A stretch of 64,000 nucleotides of DNA from an uncultured Microthrixaceae bacterium (GTDB lineage: Bacteria > Actinomycetota > Acidimicrobiia > Acidimicrobiales > Acidimicrobilacustridaceae): positions 1,799,241 through 1,863,240 of the forward strand of contig CAVTJK010000004.1 of NCBI GenBank assembly GCA_963734965.1, written 5' to 3'. Below are positions 44,459 to 55,372 of the stretch, piece after piece. The notes under the pieces are model-generated. The model had not been told where the DNA came from. It did no database searches and worked only from the letters and a program-made list of their open reading frames with translations. A program made the translations under genes and the position numbers. Position 1 is the stretch's first letter. The number at the start of each line of letters is the position of its first letter.

Positions 44459-45811
44459 GGCCTCGCCTCGACGGCCTCGTCCGAACGGTCACGGGTGACC
44501 GCCACCCACGCGGCGTCGAGGGCCACCGCCGCCAGCAGGCACAACGCGCCTTCGGCGGTCGCCCGGAAGCGGGTGGCGGCATAGAACAGCGCACACGTCG
44601 CCAGCACGGTGACCACCGGGGCCAACAGCGGGAACACGGCCTCACGCCGGCGACGCAACAGCACCGCCCCCGCGACCGCGAGCAGGGTCATCGGATAGAA
44701 GGTGTACAGCCCCCAGGTGGCGACCCACGGCGTGGTGTTCTCGAGGTAGACGTCCAGGTGCGCCTCCTCGCGGGGGATGGAACAGGTCGGTGATGCGCCC
44801 GACCCTCGCCGCGACGACAACGGGGATCCGGCCCTTGTGGGCCCGCATGTAGTCGATGGCACCCTCGCGCTGCAGCCGGTCGGCGGCGCCGTTGAAGGCA
44901 TAGGGGCCGATGCCGTGGCGATCGAGGATGGCCTGCCCGCACGGGTAGTACCAGTAGCCGATGAGGGGGCCGTAGTAGGTCTGGTCGCAGTTCGAGGTGG
45001 CCAGCGTGCCGCCGAGGTTCTCGGACAGGATCACCGTGTGGTCGAAGCGCACGAGGTTGCCTCCGACCCACGGCGCCAGAACGAGCGCGGTCGCGCCCAG
45101 ACCGACGACGAGGCGACGGGCGCGACGGCGGCGGCTGGCATCGGGGGTGAGCAAGGCCAGCGGCACGACCAGGAAGAGGGCGAGCAGCACGAGCTCGGAG
45201 CGCGACAGCGCGGCCAGACCCACGGCCGCACCGACTCCGGCCATTCGCCATCGGCTCGGCCGGTGCCAGTACCGGTAGGCGAGCCAGACCGAGACCAGCA
45301 CGGTCAGGATCACCATCGATTCGGACAGCAACATGCCGTCGTAGCGCCAGGTGTTGGGGTAGACGGCCACGAGCACGGCGGCGATCAGCCCGACCCGCTC
45401 GCCCCCGATCTCGCGCCCGGCCAGGCCGGCTACGACCACCGACGCCGTTCCGATCAACGTCGAAGCCAGGAGGTGTCCGGTGATGGTCGTGACGCCGAAC
45501 AGCGAGAACGCCGACAGGTAGAGCAGGTAGAGCGGAGGGTGGTCGGCCGCCTGCACGATCTGGTGGCGCGCGTAGGCGTACGGATTGATGAACCCGTGGC
45601 CCTTGGCCAGCAGGTTGGCGCCCAGGTGGAAGTAGAGCGGATCGCCGCCGTAGACCGTGTGCCGGCGGTTGAACCAGACATAGGCCAGACGCAGGATCAG
45701 CGCCAGCACGGTGACCACGACCAGCGCCGCCTTGAAGTGCCGGCGCGAGAACGTGGTCGGGATCACCTCGGTGGTCGGGTGCTCGATCTCGAGGGCGTCA
45801 ACCACGAGCAT
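44455..45811 (-). CDS. Second GT-C fold glycosyltransferase-like membrane protein; one frame break near 44770
   Basis: ORF 44642..45811 (GGDPLYFHLGANLLAKGHGFINPY..HPPLYLLYL) continues in ORF 44455..44901 (EEAHLDVYLENTTPWVATWGLYTFYPMTLL..). Its stop overlaps the next ATG (ATGA at 44455..44458). Confidence 0.6.
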
Positions 45812-47958
45812 CGACGGGAAGCGGCGGCAGCCCGTTGGCGATGTCGATCAGCGAGCTCCCGACCCACGGCGCCAGCGCCAGCGAGGCCGTGGTCGACCAG
45901 TGGATGCCGTCGTGACGATCGGCCAGGCTCATCTGGCCCTCGGGCAGCGTGTCCATGTGCCCGGGCAGATCCAGGATCTGGACCCGCGGCTTGGTGGCCA
46001 CGACCTCGCGGACGAGCTTGTTGAGCAGGTCCATGCCGCGCCGGGCTCTCCTCGGGGAACGGGCCGGGCAGGCCCTCGGTGATCCCGTCACGGATGTACG
46101 GCGACATGAACCACACCACCGTGGCGCCTTGGGCCGTCATGGTGTCGATGGCGGCCGAGATCTCGCTGCGGAGCCAGTTGTCGTAGACGGGGTCGCCGAC
46201 CGCTCGCCACACGGTGTCGCCGGGGATGAGCCGGTCGGCCACGTCCCAGGTGCCGAACATGACCCCGATCACCTGAGGTCGGGCGCGCGCGATCTGGGCC
46301 GGGTACTCGTTGGTCCAGTCACACGTGGCGTAGACGGTGATCACCTGGTAGAGGTACTTGTACTGGCCGCCGCGTCCGACCGGGCAGCCGAGCTTGCCGG
46401 CATCCCAGACCTGCATCCGGCCGGTGGTCGCGCCCCACATCCGCAAGCCGTAGCCGAGGGTGTACATCGACGAGTCGCCGAGCAGGAGCACCCGAGGCGC
46501 CTCGCCCGCCGCCAGCGGCACCTTCGGGACCATCGGCGCCGAGACGACCCCGTTGACCGAGACGGGCGCCGCCGTGGTCGTCGGGGCCGCCGACGGCACG
46601 GGCCTCCCGCTCGGCGGAGGCACGGGGGCGGCCTGGCTGGCCAGGCTGATCACGTCGGACGCGGGGTTGGCGGTGACGGCAAGGGTCGCGATGACGAGCA
46701 CACCGATGGCCATCAGGCTCACGAGCGCCGGGCGCACGCGAATCGGCAACTGGCGACGGCGAACCGGGACCTCGAGCAGGCGCAGCGACACGGCCGCCAG
46801 CACCAGCGTCACGCTGACCCGCAAGGCGAACAACGGCCAGGCGCTCAGCCCGGTGCGCACGGGGGTGAGCCAGAGGTAGATCGGCCAGTGGAACAGGTAG
46901 GCCCCGTAGCTCACGACCCCGAGCCAGCGCAGCGGACGCCAGGACAACATGGACCGGATCGGTCCCCGGCGGATGGCGGCCACGATCACGAAGCACGACA
47001 TCAGCGCGTAGCCGGCGAGCCCGCCCTGATAGAGCCACGGGGCGGTCTGGCGGGCCGTCACCCAGAGCGCCACCACGACGGACAGGCCGACGAGGCCGAC
47101 GACCTCCCAGGCCCAGCGGGGCATGCGGAGCACGAACCCGCCGGGGTGGGCCAGCACCATGGCCAGGAGGGCACCGAGCAGGAGCTCGAGGGCCCGGGTG
47201 CCGGTGCCGTAGTAGACGCGTGAGACGTCCTGACCCGGGCTGTAGAGGGCGAACATGGCCAGGAGGGACAGCGCCGAGGCGACAGTCAGCATCAGGAACA
47301 CGGCCCGACGCGAGCCCCGCGCCAGCTTGAACGTCACCACCATCGCGACCGGGAACACGATGTAGAACTGCTCCTCGATGGCGAGGGACCAGAAGTGCAA
47401 GACCGGCGACGGGGCGGTGAAGAGCTGGGCGTAGGACTGACCGGTCACGATGAAGTGCCAGTTGGCCACATAGGCCATCGCCGAGATCACGTCGCCGCGG
47501 AGGCTGGCGAGCTGGCCGGGCGAGGCGACGGTGGCGCCGAAGACGAGCACGCCGGCGATGCACAGCAGCGAGGCCGGCATGAGCCGGCGGTAGCGACGGC
47601 CCCAGAAGCCGCGGAGGCTGATGCGCCCGGTCGTCGACCGCTCCCAGATCAACAGCAGCGTGATGAGGAAGCCCGACAGCGTGAAGAACGTCGAGACCCC
47701 GAGGAAGCCGCCCTGGGCCCAGGAGAACCCGTTGTGGTAGAGCAGCACCGCCAGCAGCGCCAGCCCGCGCAGGCCCTCGACCCCGGGCAGGAACGGGATC
47801 GTCGGGCGCGTGGAGGCCTTCCGCTCGTCTCTCGACTCAACCGGACCCCTCGCACGCACGGCCGTCTGAGCTGGCGCGGGCACGGGGGCGAGGTTACTCC
47901 TGACCCAGCTACGGTCACCGCCAGGTGAAGACACATCCCCGTCCTGTGGCGTCCGCAC
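45798..47958 (-). CDS. Acyltransferase-3 (OafA-like) membrane domain fused to an SGNH/GDSL hydrolase-like domain; one frame break near 46035, start uncertain
   Basis: ORF 45763..47958 carries LPGVEGLRGLALLAVLLYHNGFSWAQGGFLGVSTFFTLSGFLIT, about 10 TM helices, and then VLLLGDSSMYTLGYG. The C-terminus continues in ORF 45798..46091 (MDLLNKLVREVV..DRHDGIHWS). Confidence 0.75.
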
Positions 47959-49052
47959 TGGGCTATCGGCCCGAGCTCGACGGCCTGCGTGCGCTCGCCG
48001 TGGCCGCCGTCATGCTGTTCCATGCCAACGTGTCCTGGGCCAAGGGGGGGTTCCTCGGGGTCGACGTCTTCTTCGTGCTGAGCGGGTTCCTGATCACCCG
48101 CCTCCTGCTCGAGGAGCGCGAGCTGACCGGCCACGTCGCCCTCCTGCGCTTCTACCTGCGGCGGATCCTGCGCCTGTTCCCCGCCCTGGTGGTCGTGTCG
48201 ATCGCCGTGGCGATCTACGCCGCGATCTGGTTGCCCCACGACCAGTTCGTCCGCACGTTCCACGACGTCCTGGCCACCGCGACGTATCGCATGAACTGGG
48301 TGCAGGCCCTCCACCAGCAGCCCCCGTTCGGCCTGCTCGACCATGCCTGGTCGCTGAGCATCGAGGAGCAGTTCTACGTGCTGTGGCCTCTGCTGCTCAT
48401 CTTCGGCCACCGCCTCGGCGGGGTCCGCGGCGTCGCCATCGTCGCCTTGGTCGGTGCCGTCGCCTCGGCCGCGCTCCGACTGCTCCTCATCAGCAACGGC
48501 CGCCCCGACATCCGGGTCTACTTCGGACTCGACACCCACGCCGACGGCCTGCTGATCGGATGCGCGTTGGCCGCGCTCACGTTGTTGTGGCCCGGGCTAC
48601 CCGACGCCTTCCGCCGGAGCACCACCAGATGGATCGGCCCCGTCGCGCTGGTCGCCATCGGCATCGCCGCGTCGACGGTCTCGCTCACCAGCCGGGCCCT
48701 CTTCATGTGGGGCTACCTGGTGTTCGTGGCGGCCACCGCCCTGGTCATCGCCGACCTCTACTCGCGTGGTCTCACCAGCCGGCCGCTGCATCACGAGCCC
48801 TTCGTCGCCATCGGCCGCATCTCCTACGGGCTCTACCTGTGGCACTGGCCGGTCTTCCTGGTGCTCAACGGCGGACGGATCCACTGGGGGTTCATCCCGC
48901 TCACGATCGTGCGGTTCATCGTGAGCGGGATCGCCGCGACCGCCTCGTTCCTGCTCGTCGAGCAGCCGTTCCTGCGCCTCAAGCAGCGACTCGAACCGGC
49001 GCTGCTCGCCCGCAGCCGTCGGGTTCGAACCACGATCGGCGGCACCGACTAG
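47925..49052 (+). CDS. Acyltransferase-3 family membrane protein (start 47925 or 47946)
   Basis: Intact 375-aa ORF reading YRPELDGLRALAVAAVMLFHANVSWAKGGFLGVDVFFVLSGFLIT..ISYGLYLWHWPVF. It is divergent from, and overlaps the 5' end of, the previous gene. Confidence 0.8.
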   Translation: MKTHPRPVASALGYRPELDGLRALAVAAVMLFHANVSWAKGGFLGVDVFFVLSGFLITRLLLEERELTGHVALLRFYLRRILRLFPALVVVSIAVAIYAAIWLPHDQFVRTFHDVLATATYRMNWVQALHQQPPFGLLDHAWSLSIEEQFYVLWPLLLIFGHRLGGVRGVAIVALVGAVASAALRLLLISNGRPDIRVYFGLDTHADGLLIGCALAALTLLWPGLPDAFRRSTTRWIGPVALVAIGIAASTVSLTSRALFMWGYLVFVAATALVIADLYSRGLTSRPLHHEPFVAIGRISYGLYLWHWPVFLVLNGGRIHWGFIPLTIVRFIVSGIAATASFLLVEQPFLRLKQRLEPALLARSRRVRTTIGGTD

Positions 49053-49065
49053 CTCGGCGCTCCGG

Positions 49066-51549
49066 TCACCTCAGGATGATGGCGCCGGCGTCGTCGACGT
49101 CGACGGTCACGGTGTCGCCTTCGGCCAGGTTGCGGTCGAGCAGGGCCATGGCCAGGCGATCGCCGATCTCGCGTTGGATCAGGCGCTTGAGCGGCCGAGC
49201 CCCGAAGGCGGGATCGAAGCCCTCGCGGGCCAGCGCGTCCTCGGCCGCCTCGGAGACCTCGAGGGTGATGCGTCGATCGGCCACGCGCTTCTTGAGCGTG
49301 ACCAGTTGCAGGTCGACGATGCGGCGGAGGTCGTCCTCGGTGAGCTCGCGGAACCGGACGATGTCATCGACGCGGTTGATGAACTCGGGCTTGAAGAAGG
49401 CGGCGGGGTCGCCGGGCAGGTTCGAGGTCATGATCAGCACCACGTTGGTGAAGTCGACCGTGCGACCCTGACCGTCGGTGAGCCGGCCGTCGTCGAGCAG
49501 CTGCAGCAGCACGTTGAACACATCCGAGTGCGCCTTCTCGATCTCGTCGAGCAGGACGACGGCGTAGGGCCGGCGGCGGACGGCCTCGGTGAGCTGGCCG
49601 CCCTCGTCGTAGCCGACGTAGCCCGGAGGCGCACCGATGAGCCGACTCACCGAGTGCTTCTCCATGTACTCGCTCATGTCGATGCGGACCATGGCCCGCT
49701 CGTCGTCGAAGAGGAACTCGGCGAGCGACCGAGCCAGCTCGGTCTTGCCGACGCCGGTCGGTCCGAGGAACAGGAAGCTGCCGATCGGACGGTTCGGATC
49801 CGAGAGCCCGGCACGGTTGCGCCGGATGGCGTTGGCCACCGCGGTGACGGCGTCAGCCTGACCGATGACGCGCTCGTGCAACAGCTCCTCGAGGTGGACG
49901 AGCTTGTACATCTCGCCCTCCATCAGCCGCGAGATGGGCACGCCCGTCCACTTGCTGACGACCTCGGCCACGTCCTCCTCGTCGACCTCCTCCTTGAGCA
50001 TCTTCTCGGAGGCCTGCAGCTCGTCGAGGGCCTTCGTCGCCTCGTCGATGCGACGCTCGAGCTCGGGCAGCTGGCCGTAGCGGATCTCGGCCGCCTTCTC
50101 GAGATCGCCCTCGCGCTCGACCTCGCTGCGCTTGGCCTCGAGCTGCTCCTTGAGCTCACGGATCTGGGCGATGGCGTCCTTCTCGTTCTCCCAGTGCGCC
50201 TTCATGGCCGCCGACTGCTCGTGCAGGTTGGCCAGCTCCTCGTCCAGGGTGGCCAGCCGCTCGCCCGAGACGGCGTCGGTCTCCTTGGCCAGCGCGACGC
50301 GCTCGATCTCGAGTTGGCGGATGCGCCGCTCGACCACGTCGATCTCGGTCGGCATCGAGTCGATCTCGATGCGGAGCTTGCTCGCCGCCTCGTCCATCAG
50401 GTCGATGGCCTTGTCCGGTAGGAAGCGCCCTGTGAGGTATCGATCGGACAGCACCGCCGCCGCGACCAGGGCCGCGTCCTGGATGCGCACGCCGTGGTGC
50501 ACCTCGTAGCGCTCCTTGAGGCCGCGCAGGATGGCGATGGTGTCCTCGACGCTGGGCTGACCGACGAAGACCTGTTGGAAGCGTCGCTCGAGGGCGGCGT
50601 CCTTCTCGACGTACTTGCGGTACTCGTCGAGGGTGGTCGCGCCGATCATGCGCAGCTGCCCGCGCGCCAGCATGGGCTTGAGCATGTTGCTGGCATCCAT
50701 GGCGCCCTCGCTGCCGGCCCCGGCGCCGACGACGGTGTGCATCTCGTCGATGAAGGTGACCACCTCGCCGTCGCTGTCGGTGATCTCCTTGAGGACGGCC
50801 TTGAGCCGTTCCTCGAACTCGCCGCGGTACTTGGCGCCGGCCACCATGCTCGACAGGTCGAGGGCGATCAGGCGCTTGTCCTTGAGGCTCTCGGGCACGT
50901 CACCTTCGACGATCCGCCGGGCCAGCCCCTCGACGATGGCGGTCTTGCCGACGCCTGGCTCGCCGATCAGCACCGGGTTGTTCTTCGTCCGCCGCGACAA
51001 CACCTGGATGACGCGCCGGATCTCGTCGTCACGACCGATCACAGGATCGATCTGACCGGCGCGGGCGGCTTCGGTGAGGTCCCGGCCGTACTTCTCGAGG
51101 GCCTGGTACTGCTCCTCGGGGTTCTGGCTGGTCACCCGGTGGCTGCCCCGCACCTGGGCCAGGGCGGCCAGCAGGTCCTCGCGATCGACACCGAGCCGCT
51201 CGGCCAGCGCCAGGAGCAGGTGCTCGGTCGAGAGGTACTCGTCGTGCAGCTCGCGGCGGGACTCGTCGGCCGCGTCGAGCAACGTGGTCAGCTCGCGGCT
51301 CATGCGCGCGTCCGAGCCGTAGGCCTTGGGCAGACGCTCGATGGCGGCCTGGGCCTCGTTGCGCACGGCGAAGGGCGCCTTGCCGACCTTGGTGAGGATG
51401 GGCAGGACGACCCCTTCCTCTTGGCCGAGCAGCGCCGCCAGCAGGTGGTCGGGCGTGACCTCGGGGTTGGCGTTGGACCGGGCCGACTCGATGGCCTGGT
51501 TGAGCGCCTCTTGGGTCTTGAGGGTCCAGCGATTGGGGTCGAGGGCCAA
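49066..51549 (-). CDS. clpB: ATP-dependent chaperone ClpB
   Basis: Intact 827-aa ORF. It has two AAA modules ([15 protein letters not shown]; [15 protein letters not shown]), a coiled-coil middle domain, and a Clp N-domain start ([10 protein letters not shown]). Confidence 0.95.
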   Translation of the reverse strand: MALDPNRWTLKTQEALNQAIESARSNANPEVTPDHLLAALLGQEEGVVLPILTKVGKAPFAVRNEAQAAIERLPKAYGSDARMSRELTTLLDAADESRRELHDEYLSTEHLLLALAERLGVDREDLLAALAQVRGSHRVTSQNPEEQYQALEKYGRDLTEAARAGQIDPVIGRDDEIRRVIQVLSRRTKNNPVLIGEPGVGKTAIVEGLARRIVEGDVPESLKDKRLIALDLSSMVAGAKYRGEFEERLKAVLKEITDSDGEVVTFIDEMHTVVGAGAGSEGAMDASNMLKPMLARGQLRMIGATTLDEYRKYVEKDAALERRFQQVFVGQPSVEDTIAILRGLKERYEVHHGVRIQDAALVAAAVLSDRYLTGRFLPDKAIDLMDEAASKLRIEIDSMPTEIDVVERRIRQLEIERVALAKETDAVSGERLATLDEELANLHEQSAAMKAHWENEKDAIAQIRELKEQLEAKRSEVEREGDLEKAAEIRYGQLPELERRIDEATKALDELQASEKMLKEEVDEEDVAEVVSKWTGVPISRLMEGEMYKLVHLEELLHERVIGQADAVTAVANAIRRNRAGLSDPNRPIGSFLFLGPTGVGKTELARSLAEFLFDDERAMVRIDMSEYMEKHSVSRLIGAPPGYVGYDEGGQLTEAVRRRPYAVVLLDEIEKAHSDVFNVLLQLLDDGRLTDGQGRTVDFTNVVLIMTSNLPGDPAAFFKPEFINRVDDIVRFRELTEDDLRRIVDLQLVTLKKRVADRRITLEVSEAAEDALAREGFDPAFGARPLKRLIQREIGDRLAMALLDRNLAEGDTVTVDVDDAGAIILR

Positions 51550-51591
51550 GGGATCGCAGCTCCTGAGTGAACAGCCGACGTTGTGACTTAG

Positions 51592-51616
51592 AAAAGTTGA
51601 TGGTCATTGTATCAAG
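51592..51616. promoter_or_regulatory. HAIR-like inverted repeat (putative HspR operator) overlapping a TTGATA -35 upstream of clpB
   Basis: The plus strand reads AAAAGTTGA-TGGTCATTG-TATCAAG, 43 nt upstream of the clpB ATG. The same AAAAGTTGA-N9-TATCAA motif occurs upstream of dnaK at 61145..61169. Confidence 0.55.
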
Positions 51617-51849
51617 TTTTACGGCCCTCGTCTATACCGGCCCGTCCGGAATGCGGGCTCGTCCCGTAGACCCATCAGGGCATCTCACCAAGGATCATCG
51701 TGGCGCCGCCGCGTCCCGGCGGGGTAGGGAGCGCAGTTGAACGAGGGCGAAACATTTGTCGGTCGACTGACCGGGCCCGACGACGCCTCGGTACCGTGGC
51801 TCGAACCCGTGGCCGGGTCGGCTCGGCCCGGGAAGGAGATGAGGGGCTC

Positions 51850-51945
51850 ATGACCAAGCTGAGATATCCACCTCCCCATGACTGGCTGTCGCTGCCGGCC
51901 ATCCGAGACACCGACTGGGTCGAAGCCCAGTTCGGCCACAGCTAG
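51850..51945 (+). CDS. Possible 31-aa small ORF immediately upstream of egtA (MTKLRYPPPHDWLSLPAIRDTDWVEAQFGHS)
   Basis: The ATG at 51850 follows GGAAGGAG (51826..51833). The TAG stop lies 2 nt before the egtA GTG. There is no homology evidence. Confidence 0.2.
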   Translation: MTKLRYPPPHDWLSLPAIRDTDWVEAQFGHS

Positions 51946-51947
51946 CC

Positions 51948-53216
51948 GTGCCCGGCCACCAACGCGCGCTGTCGATCGGCGATGTCCACCGCTTCGTCAG
52001 CGACCACGTCTTCGCCGCGTCCGGCGATCCTCACGGCCTCGGTGTCGAGCTCGAGTGGCTCACCAGCCACGGTCGACGCGAGCGCCGTCTGCCCATCGCT
52101 CGCGCCAACCGGCTCATCGATGACCTGTCACCCCTGCCCGCCGGCAGCCACCTGACCCTCGAGCCGGGCGGCCAGCTCGAGCTGAGCTCAGCCCCGTTCA
52201 CGTCGATCGACGAGGTCTGCGCGGCGGCGGCGTCGGATCTGGCGCTGCTCGACGAAGCGTGCGACGACTGTCAGGTCGAGCTGATCGCGCTCGGCGCCGA
52301 TCCGTTGCGCCCGCCCGAGCGCGTCGCCGTCGGACCGCGCTACCAGGCCATGGAGCACTACTTCGATCGCCTCGGAGTCGCGGGGCGGATGATGATGTGC
52401 AACACCGCCGCCATCCAGGTCAACGTCGGGCTCGGCGAGCCGGGCCAGACCGCGGCGCGGTGGCGACTGGCCAACCGCCTCGGTCCCGCCCTCATCGCCG
52501 CCTTCGCCAACTCGCCGTTCTCGGGCGGACTGCCGAGCGGCTGGCAGTCGACGCGGCTGCGGTCGTGGTGGGCGCTCGACCCGAGCCGATCCGCACCCGT
52601 GCCGTGCGAGGTCGACCCGACGACGGCGTGGGCCGCCTATGCCCTCGACGCGCGCGTGATGCTCATCAAGGTCGACGTCGACAACTACGCCCCGGTGATC
52701 GAGGAGCTCTCGTTCGGGCAGTGGCTGCGCGACGGCCACGATCTCGGCTGGCCGACCGCCGACGACCTCGAGTACCACCTGACCACGTTGTTCCCGCCGG
52801 TGCGCCCGAAGGGCTGGCTCGAGCTGCGCATGTTCGACGCGCTGCCGTCTCCGGCGTGGCAGGTCGCGGTGGCCGTCACGGGTGCGCTGCTGACCGACGC
52901 CTCGCTCGAACCCGAGCTGTCGGCCGTGCTCGAGCCGACGGCTGACCTCTGGGTCGATGCCGCCCAGCTGGGGCTGGCCCATCCCGAGCTGGCCGGCGCC
53001 GCGATCCGCGTGTTCGACCTGGCCCTCGACGCCCTGGGGTCGGGCGGCGTCAGCGCCGAGCGCCGCGAGCTGGTCGAGGCCTACGCCGATCGCTGGGTCA
53101 GGCGCGGGCGCTCGCCCGCCGACGATCGCCTCGATGCGTGGCGACGCACGGGTGAGCTCTTCCCGCCGGCCGAGACCCCCGACGTGATCCGCGCTCACGT
53201 CGAGCCGGTCCTGTGA
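51948..53216 (+). CDS. egtA: Glutamate-cysteine ligase EgtA (ergothioneine pathway)
   Basis: Intact 422-aa ORF with GCS2-type motifs (LGVELEWL, LTLEPGGQLELSS, MMCNTAAIQVNVG, LELRMFDA). It is placed first in an egtABCD array. Confidence 0.85.
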   Translation: MPGHQRALSIGDVHRFVSDHVFAASGDPHGLGVELEWLTSHGRRERRLPIARANRLIDDLSPLPAGSHLTLEPGGQLELSSAPFTSIDEVCAAAASDLALLDEACDDCQVELIALGADPLRPPERVAVGPRYQAMEHYFDRLGVAGRMMMCNTAAIQVNVGLGEPGQTAARWRLANRLGPALIAAFANSPFSGGLPSGWQSTRLRSWWALDPSRSAPVPCEVDPTTAWAAYALDARVMLIKVDVDNYAPVIEELSFGQWLRDGHDLGWPTADDLEYHLTTLFPPVRPKGWLELRMFDALPSPAWQVAVAVTGALLTDASLEPELSAVLEPTADLWVDAAQLGLAHPELAGAAIRVFDLALDALGSGGVSAERRELVEAYADRWVRRGRSPADDRLDAWRRTGELFPPAETPDVIRAHVEPVL

Positions 53217-54598
53217 GCACCGTCGCGCCGGGCGTCGAGATCGACCTCGACGGTGTGGTCGACGCCCTGCAGCGCGCCCGCGCCCGCACGCTCGGTCTGG
53301 TCGACAACCTGACCGACGAGCAACAGCGGGCGCAGGTCTCGCCGCTGATGTCGCCGTTCGTGTGGGACCTGGCCCACATCGGCAACTACGAGGAGCTGTG
53401 GCTGCTGCGCGCCCTCGACGGGCGCCAACCGATCGACGCGGCCCTCGACGACCTCTACAACGCCTTCGAGCATCCGCGATGGACCCGCCCGTCGCTCCCG
53501 ATCCTCGGCCCCGACGAGGCTCGGAGCTACCTCGGCCAGGTCCGGGACGAGGTGATCGACCTGATCGGTCGTCTCGATCGGGCCACCGACGACGCCGCCA
53601 CCCGGCGCCTGGTCCACGACGGCTTCGTCTACGGGATGGTGCTGCAGCACGAGCACCAGCACGACGAGACGATGGTGGCCACCCACCAGCTCCGGGGCCT
53701 CGATGCCGTCGAGCCACCCGTTCGCGACGCCGACGCCGCCGGCTTGGCGCCGGTGGGCGCCGATCTGACCACGGGGGCGACGCGAGAGCGAGGCGAGCAG
53801 CCGCCCATGCTGCGGATCTCCGGCGGTCGGTTCACGATGGGTAGCTCTCATCGGTGGGCCTATGACAACGAACGGCCCGCCCACCACGTCGAGTTGGGCG
53901 ACTTCCTCATCGACACCACGGCCGTCACCAACCGCGCCTACCGGGCCTTCATCGAGGCCGGCGGCTACGACGACCAACGCCTGTGGGCCCCGACCGGTTG
54001 GGCCTGGCGCCTCGACCAGCAGCTGGCCCATCCGCAGTTCTGGCAGCGCGAGGGCGACCGAGCCTGGAGCGTCCTGCGCTTCGGTCAGCGAATCGATCTC
54101 GATGCCCTCGAGGACGAACCGGTCCAGCACGTGTGCTGGTACGAGGCCGATGCCTTCGCCCGATGGGCGGGCTCGCGGCTACCGACCGAAGCCGAGTGGG
54201 AGCGAGCGGCCGTCGGCGCGGTCGGACGGGCCGACGGCGCCGAACCGGCGTGGCCCTGGGGCGGCGAGCACCCGAGCCTGGCCCACGCCAACCTCGGCCA
54301 GACCCGGCTGGGCCCGTCGCCCGTCGGGTCCCATCCGGCCGGTGCCAGCCCGGAGGGATGTCTCGGACTCATCGGTGACGTCTGGGAGTGGACGTCGTCG
54401 GACTTCACGCCGTATGCGGGCTTCGAGGCGTGGCCCTACCGCGAGTACTCCGAGGTGTTCTGGGGCGACGAGTACAAGGTGCTGCGCGGCGGCTCGTGGG
54501 CCACCGACCCCGTCGCCATCCGCAGCTCGTTCCGCAACTGGGACCTCCCGATCCGACGCCAGATCTTCGCCGGCTTCCGCTGCGCCCGCGACGCCTGA
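53213..54598 (+). CDS. egtB: Hercynine oxygenase / gamma-glutamyl-hercynylcysteine sulfoxide synthase EgtB
   Basis: Intact 461-aa ORF. It has a DinB-like N-domain (WDLAHIGNYEELW..LQHEHQHDET) and an FGE-sulfatase domain (GGRFTMGS..YDNERPAHHVEL..GDVWEWTSS..LRGGSWAT). Its start overlaps the egtA stop. Confidence 0.92.
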   Translation: MSTVAPGVEIDLDGVVDALQRARARTLGLVDNLTDEQQRAQVSPLMSPFVWDLAHIGNYEELWLLRALDGRQPIDAALDDLYNAFEHPRWTRPSLPILGPDEARSYLGQVRDEVIDLIGRLDRATDDAATRRLVHDGFVYGMVLQHEHQHDETMVATHQLRGLDAVEPPVRDADAAGLAPVGADLTTGATRERGEQPPMLRISGGRFTMGSSHRWAYDNERPAHHVELGDFLIDTTAVTNRAYRAFIEAGGYDDQRLWAPTGWAWRLDQQLAHPQFWQREGDRAWSVLRFGQRIDLDALEDEPVQHVCWYEADAFARWAGSRLPTEAEWERAAVGAVGRADGAEPAWPWGGEHPSLAHANLGQTRLGPSPVGSHPAGASPEGCLGLIGDVWEWTSSDFTPYAGFEAWPYREYSEVFWGDEYKVLRGGSWATDPVAIRSSFRNWDLPIRRQIFAGFRCARDA

Positions 54599-54601
54599 GC
54601 C

Positions 54602-55372
54602 ATGTGCCGCCTGATCGCCTATTGGGGACCCCCCGTGCCCATCGTCAGCCTCGTCGTCGAGCCCGCTCACGGTCTGGTGGTGCAGTGCACGGCGGCGCGC
54701 GAGCAGACGAGCGGCCACGAGAACCCCGACGGCTGGGGAGTCGGCTGGTACCCCGACGATGCCCTCCTGCCGAGGCGCTATCGCAGCACCACACCGATGC
54801 CGGCCGACCGGGCCGGGCTGGAGGAGCTGTCCGCGCTGACCGCCGGACGGTTCGTGGCACACGTCCGCCACAAGTCGCCCGGTTCGCCGACCGAGCTGGC
54901 CGGCAACGCCCCCTTCATGGAGGGCCGGCTGCTGTTCGCCCACAACGGCTTCGTCGAGGGCTTCCGCTCCGGCCTCCGTGAACAGCTTCGGGACCAGCTC
55001 ACCCCTCGACGCCGAGCCGGTCTGCGCGGCGATGCCGACAGCGAGGTGCTGTTCGGCCTCGTGCTCGATCGCATCGACGCCGGCGACGACCTCGCCGACG
55101 CGCTCGGCCGCGTGATCGCCGCCATCGACCAGCCCGACGGCAAGTTCAACATCGTCCTGACCGACGGCGAGCAGATGGTCGCCAGTCGGTGGGGCAACTC
55201 GCTGCACCTGCGACGTGATCAGCCGCACCCCGGCTCGATCATCGTCGCGTCCGAGCCCTACGACGACGACCCGGACTGGGAGTGCGTACCCGAGCACAGC
55301 CTGGTCCGGATCGACGCCGAGGGCGTCACCTCGTCCTCTCTCAGCTCCCCCTCAGCGGAGGCCTTGCCATGA
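54602..55372 (+). CDS. egtC: Class II glutamine amidotransferase EgtC
   Basis: Intact 256-aa ORF with an N-terminal MCRLIAYWG (Cys2 nucleophile). Also carries NPDGWGVGWY and FAHNGFV. Confidence 0.88.
   Translation: MCRLIAYWGPPVPIVSLVVEPAHGLVVQCTAAREQTSGHENPDGWGVGWYPDDALLPRRYRSTTPMPADRAGLEELSALTAGRFVAHVRHKSPGSPTELAGNAPFMEGRLLFAHNGFVEGFRSGLREQLRDQLTPRRRAGLRGDADSEVLFGLVLDRIDAGDDLADALGRVIAAIDQPDGKFNIVLTDGEQMVASRWGNSLHLRRDQPHPGSIIVASEPYDDDPDWECVPEHSLVRIDAEGVTSSSLSSPSAEALP

Noticed and set aside
51555-51575. CCTGAGTGAACAGC near the clpB start as the HAIR left arm
   Set aside because: No matching right arm (ACTCAAG) occurs at the expected spacing. The better-supported operator is the AAAAGTTGA-N9-TATCAA motif shared with the dnaK promoter.
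51675-51945. ORFs of 78-84 aa on both strands in the clpB-egtA intergenic region
   Set aside because: They are mutually overlapping, Arg/Pro-rich and lack ribosome-binding sites. Only the short 31-codon ORF with a Shine-Dalgarno sequence was retained, as a low-confidence feature.
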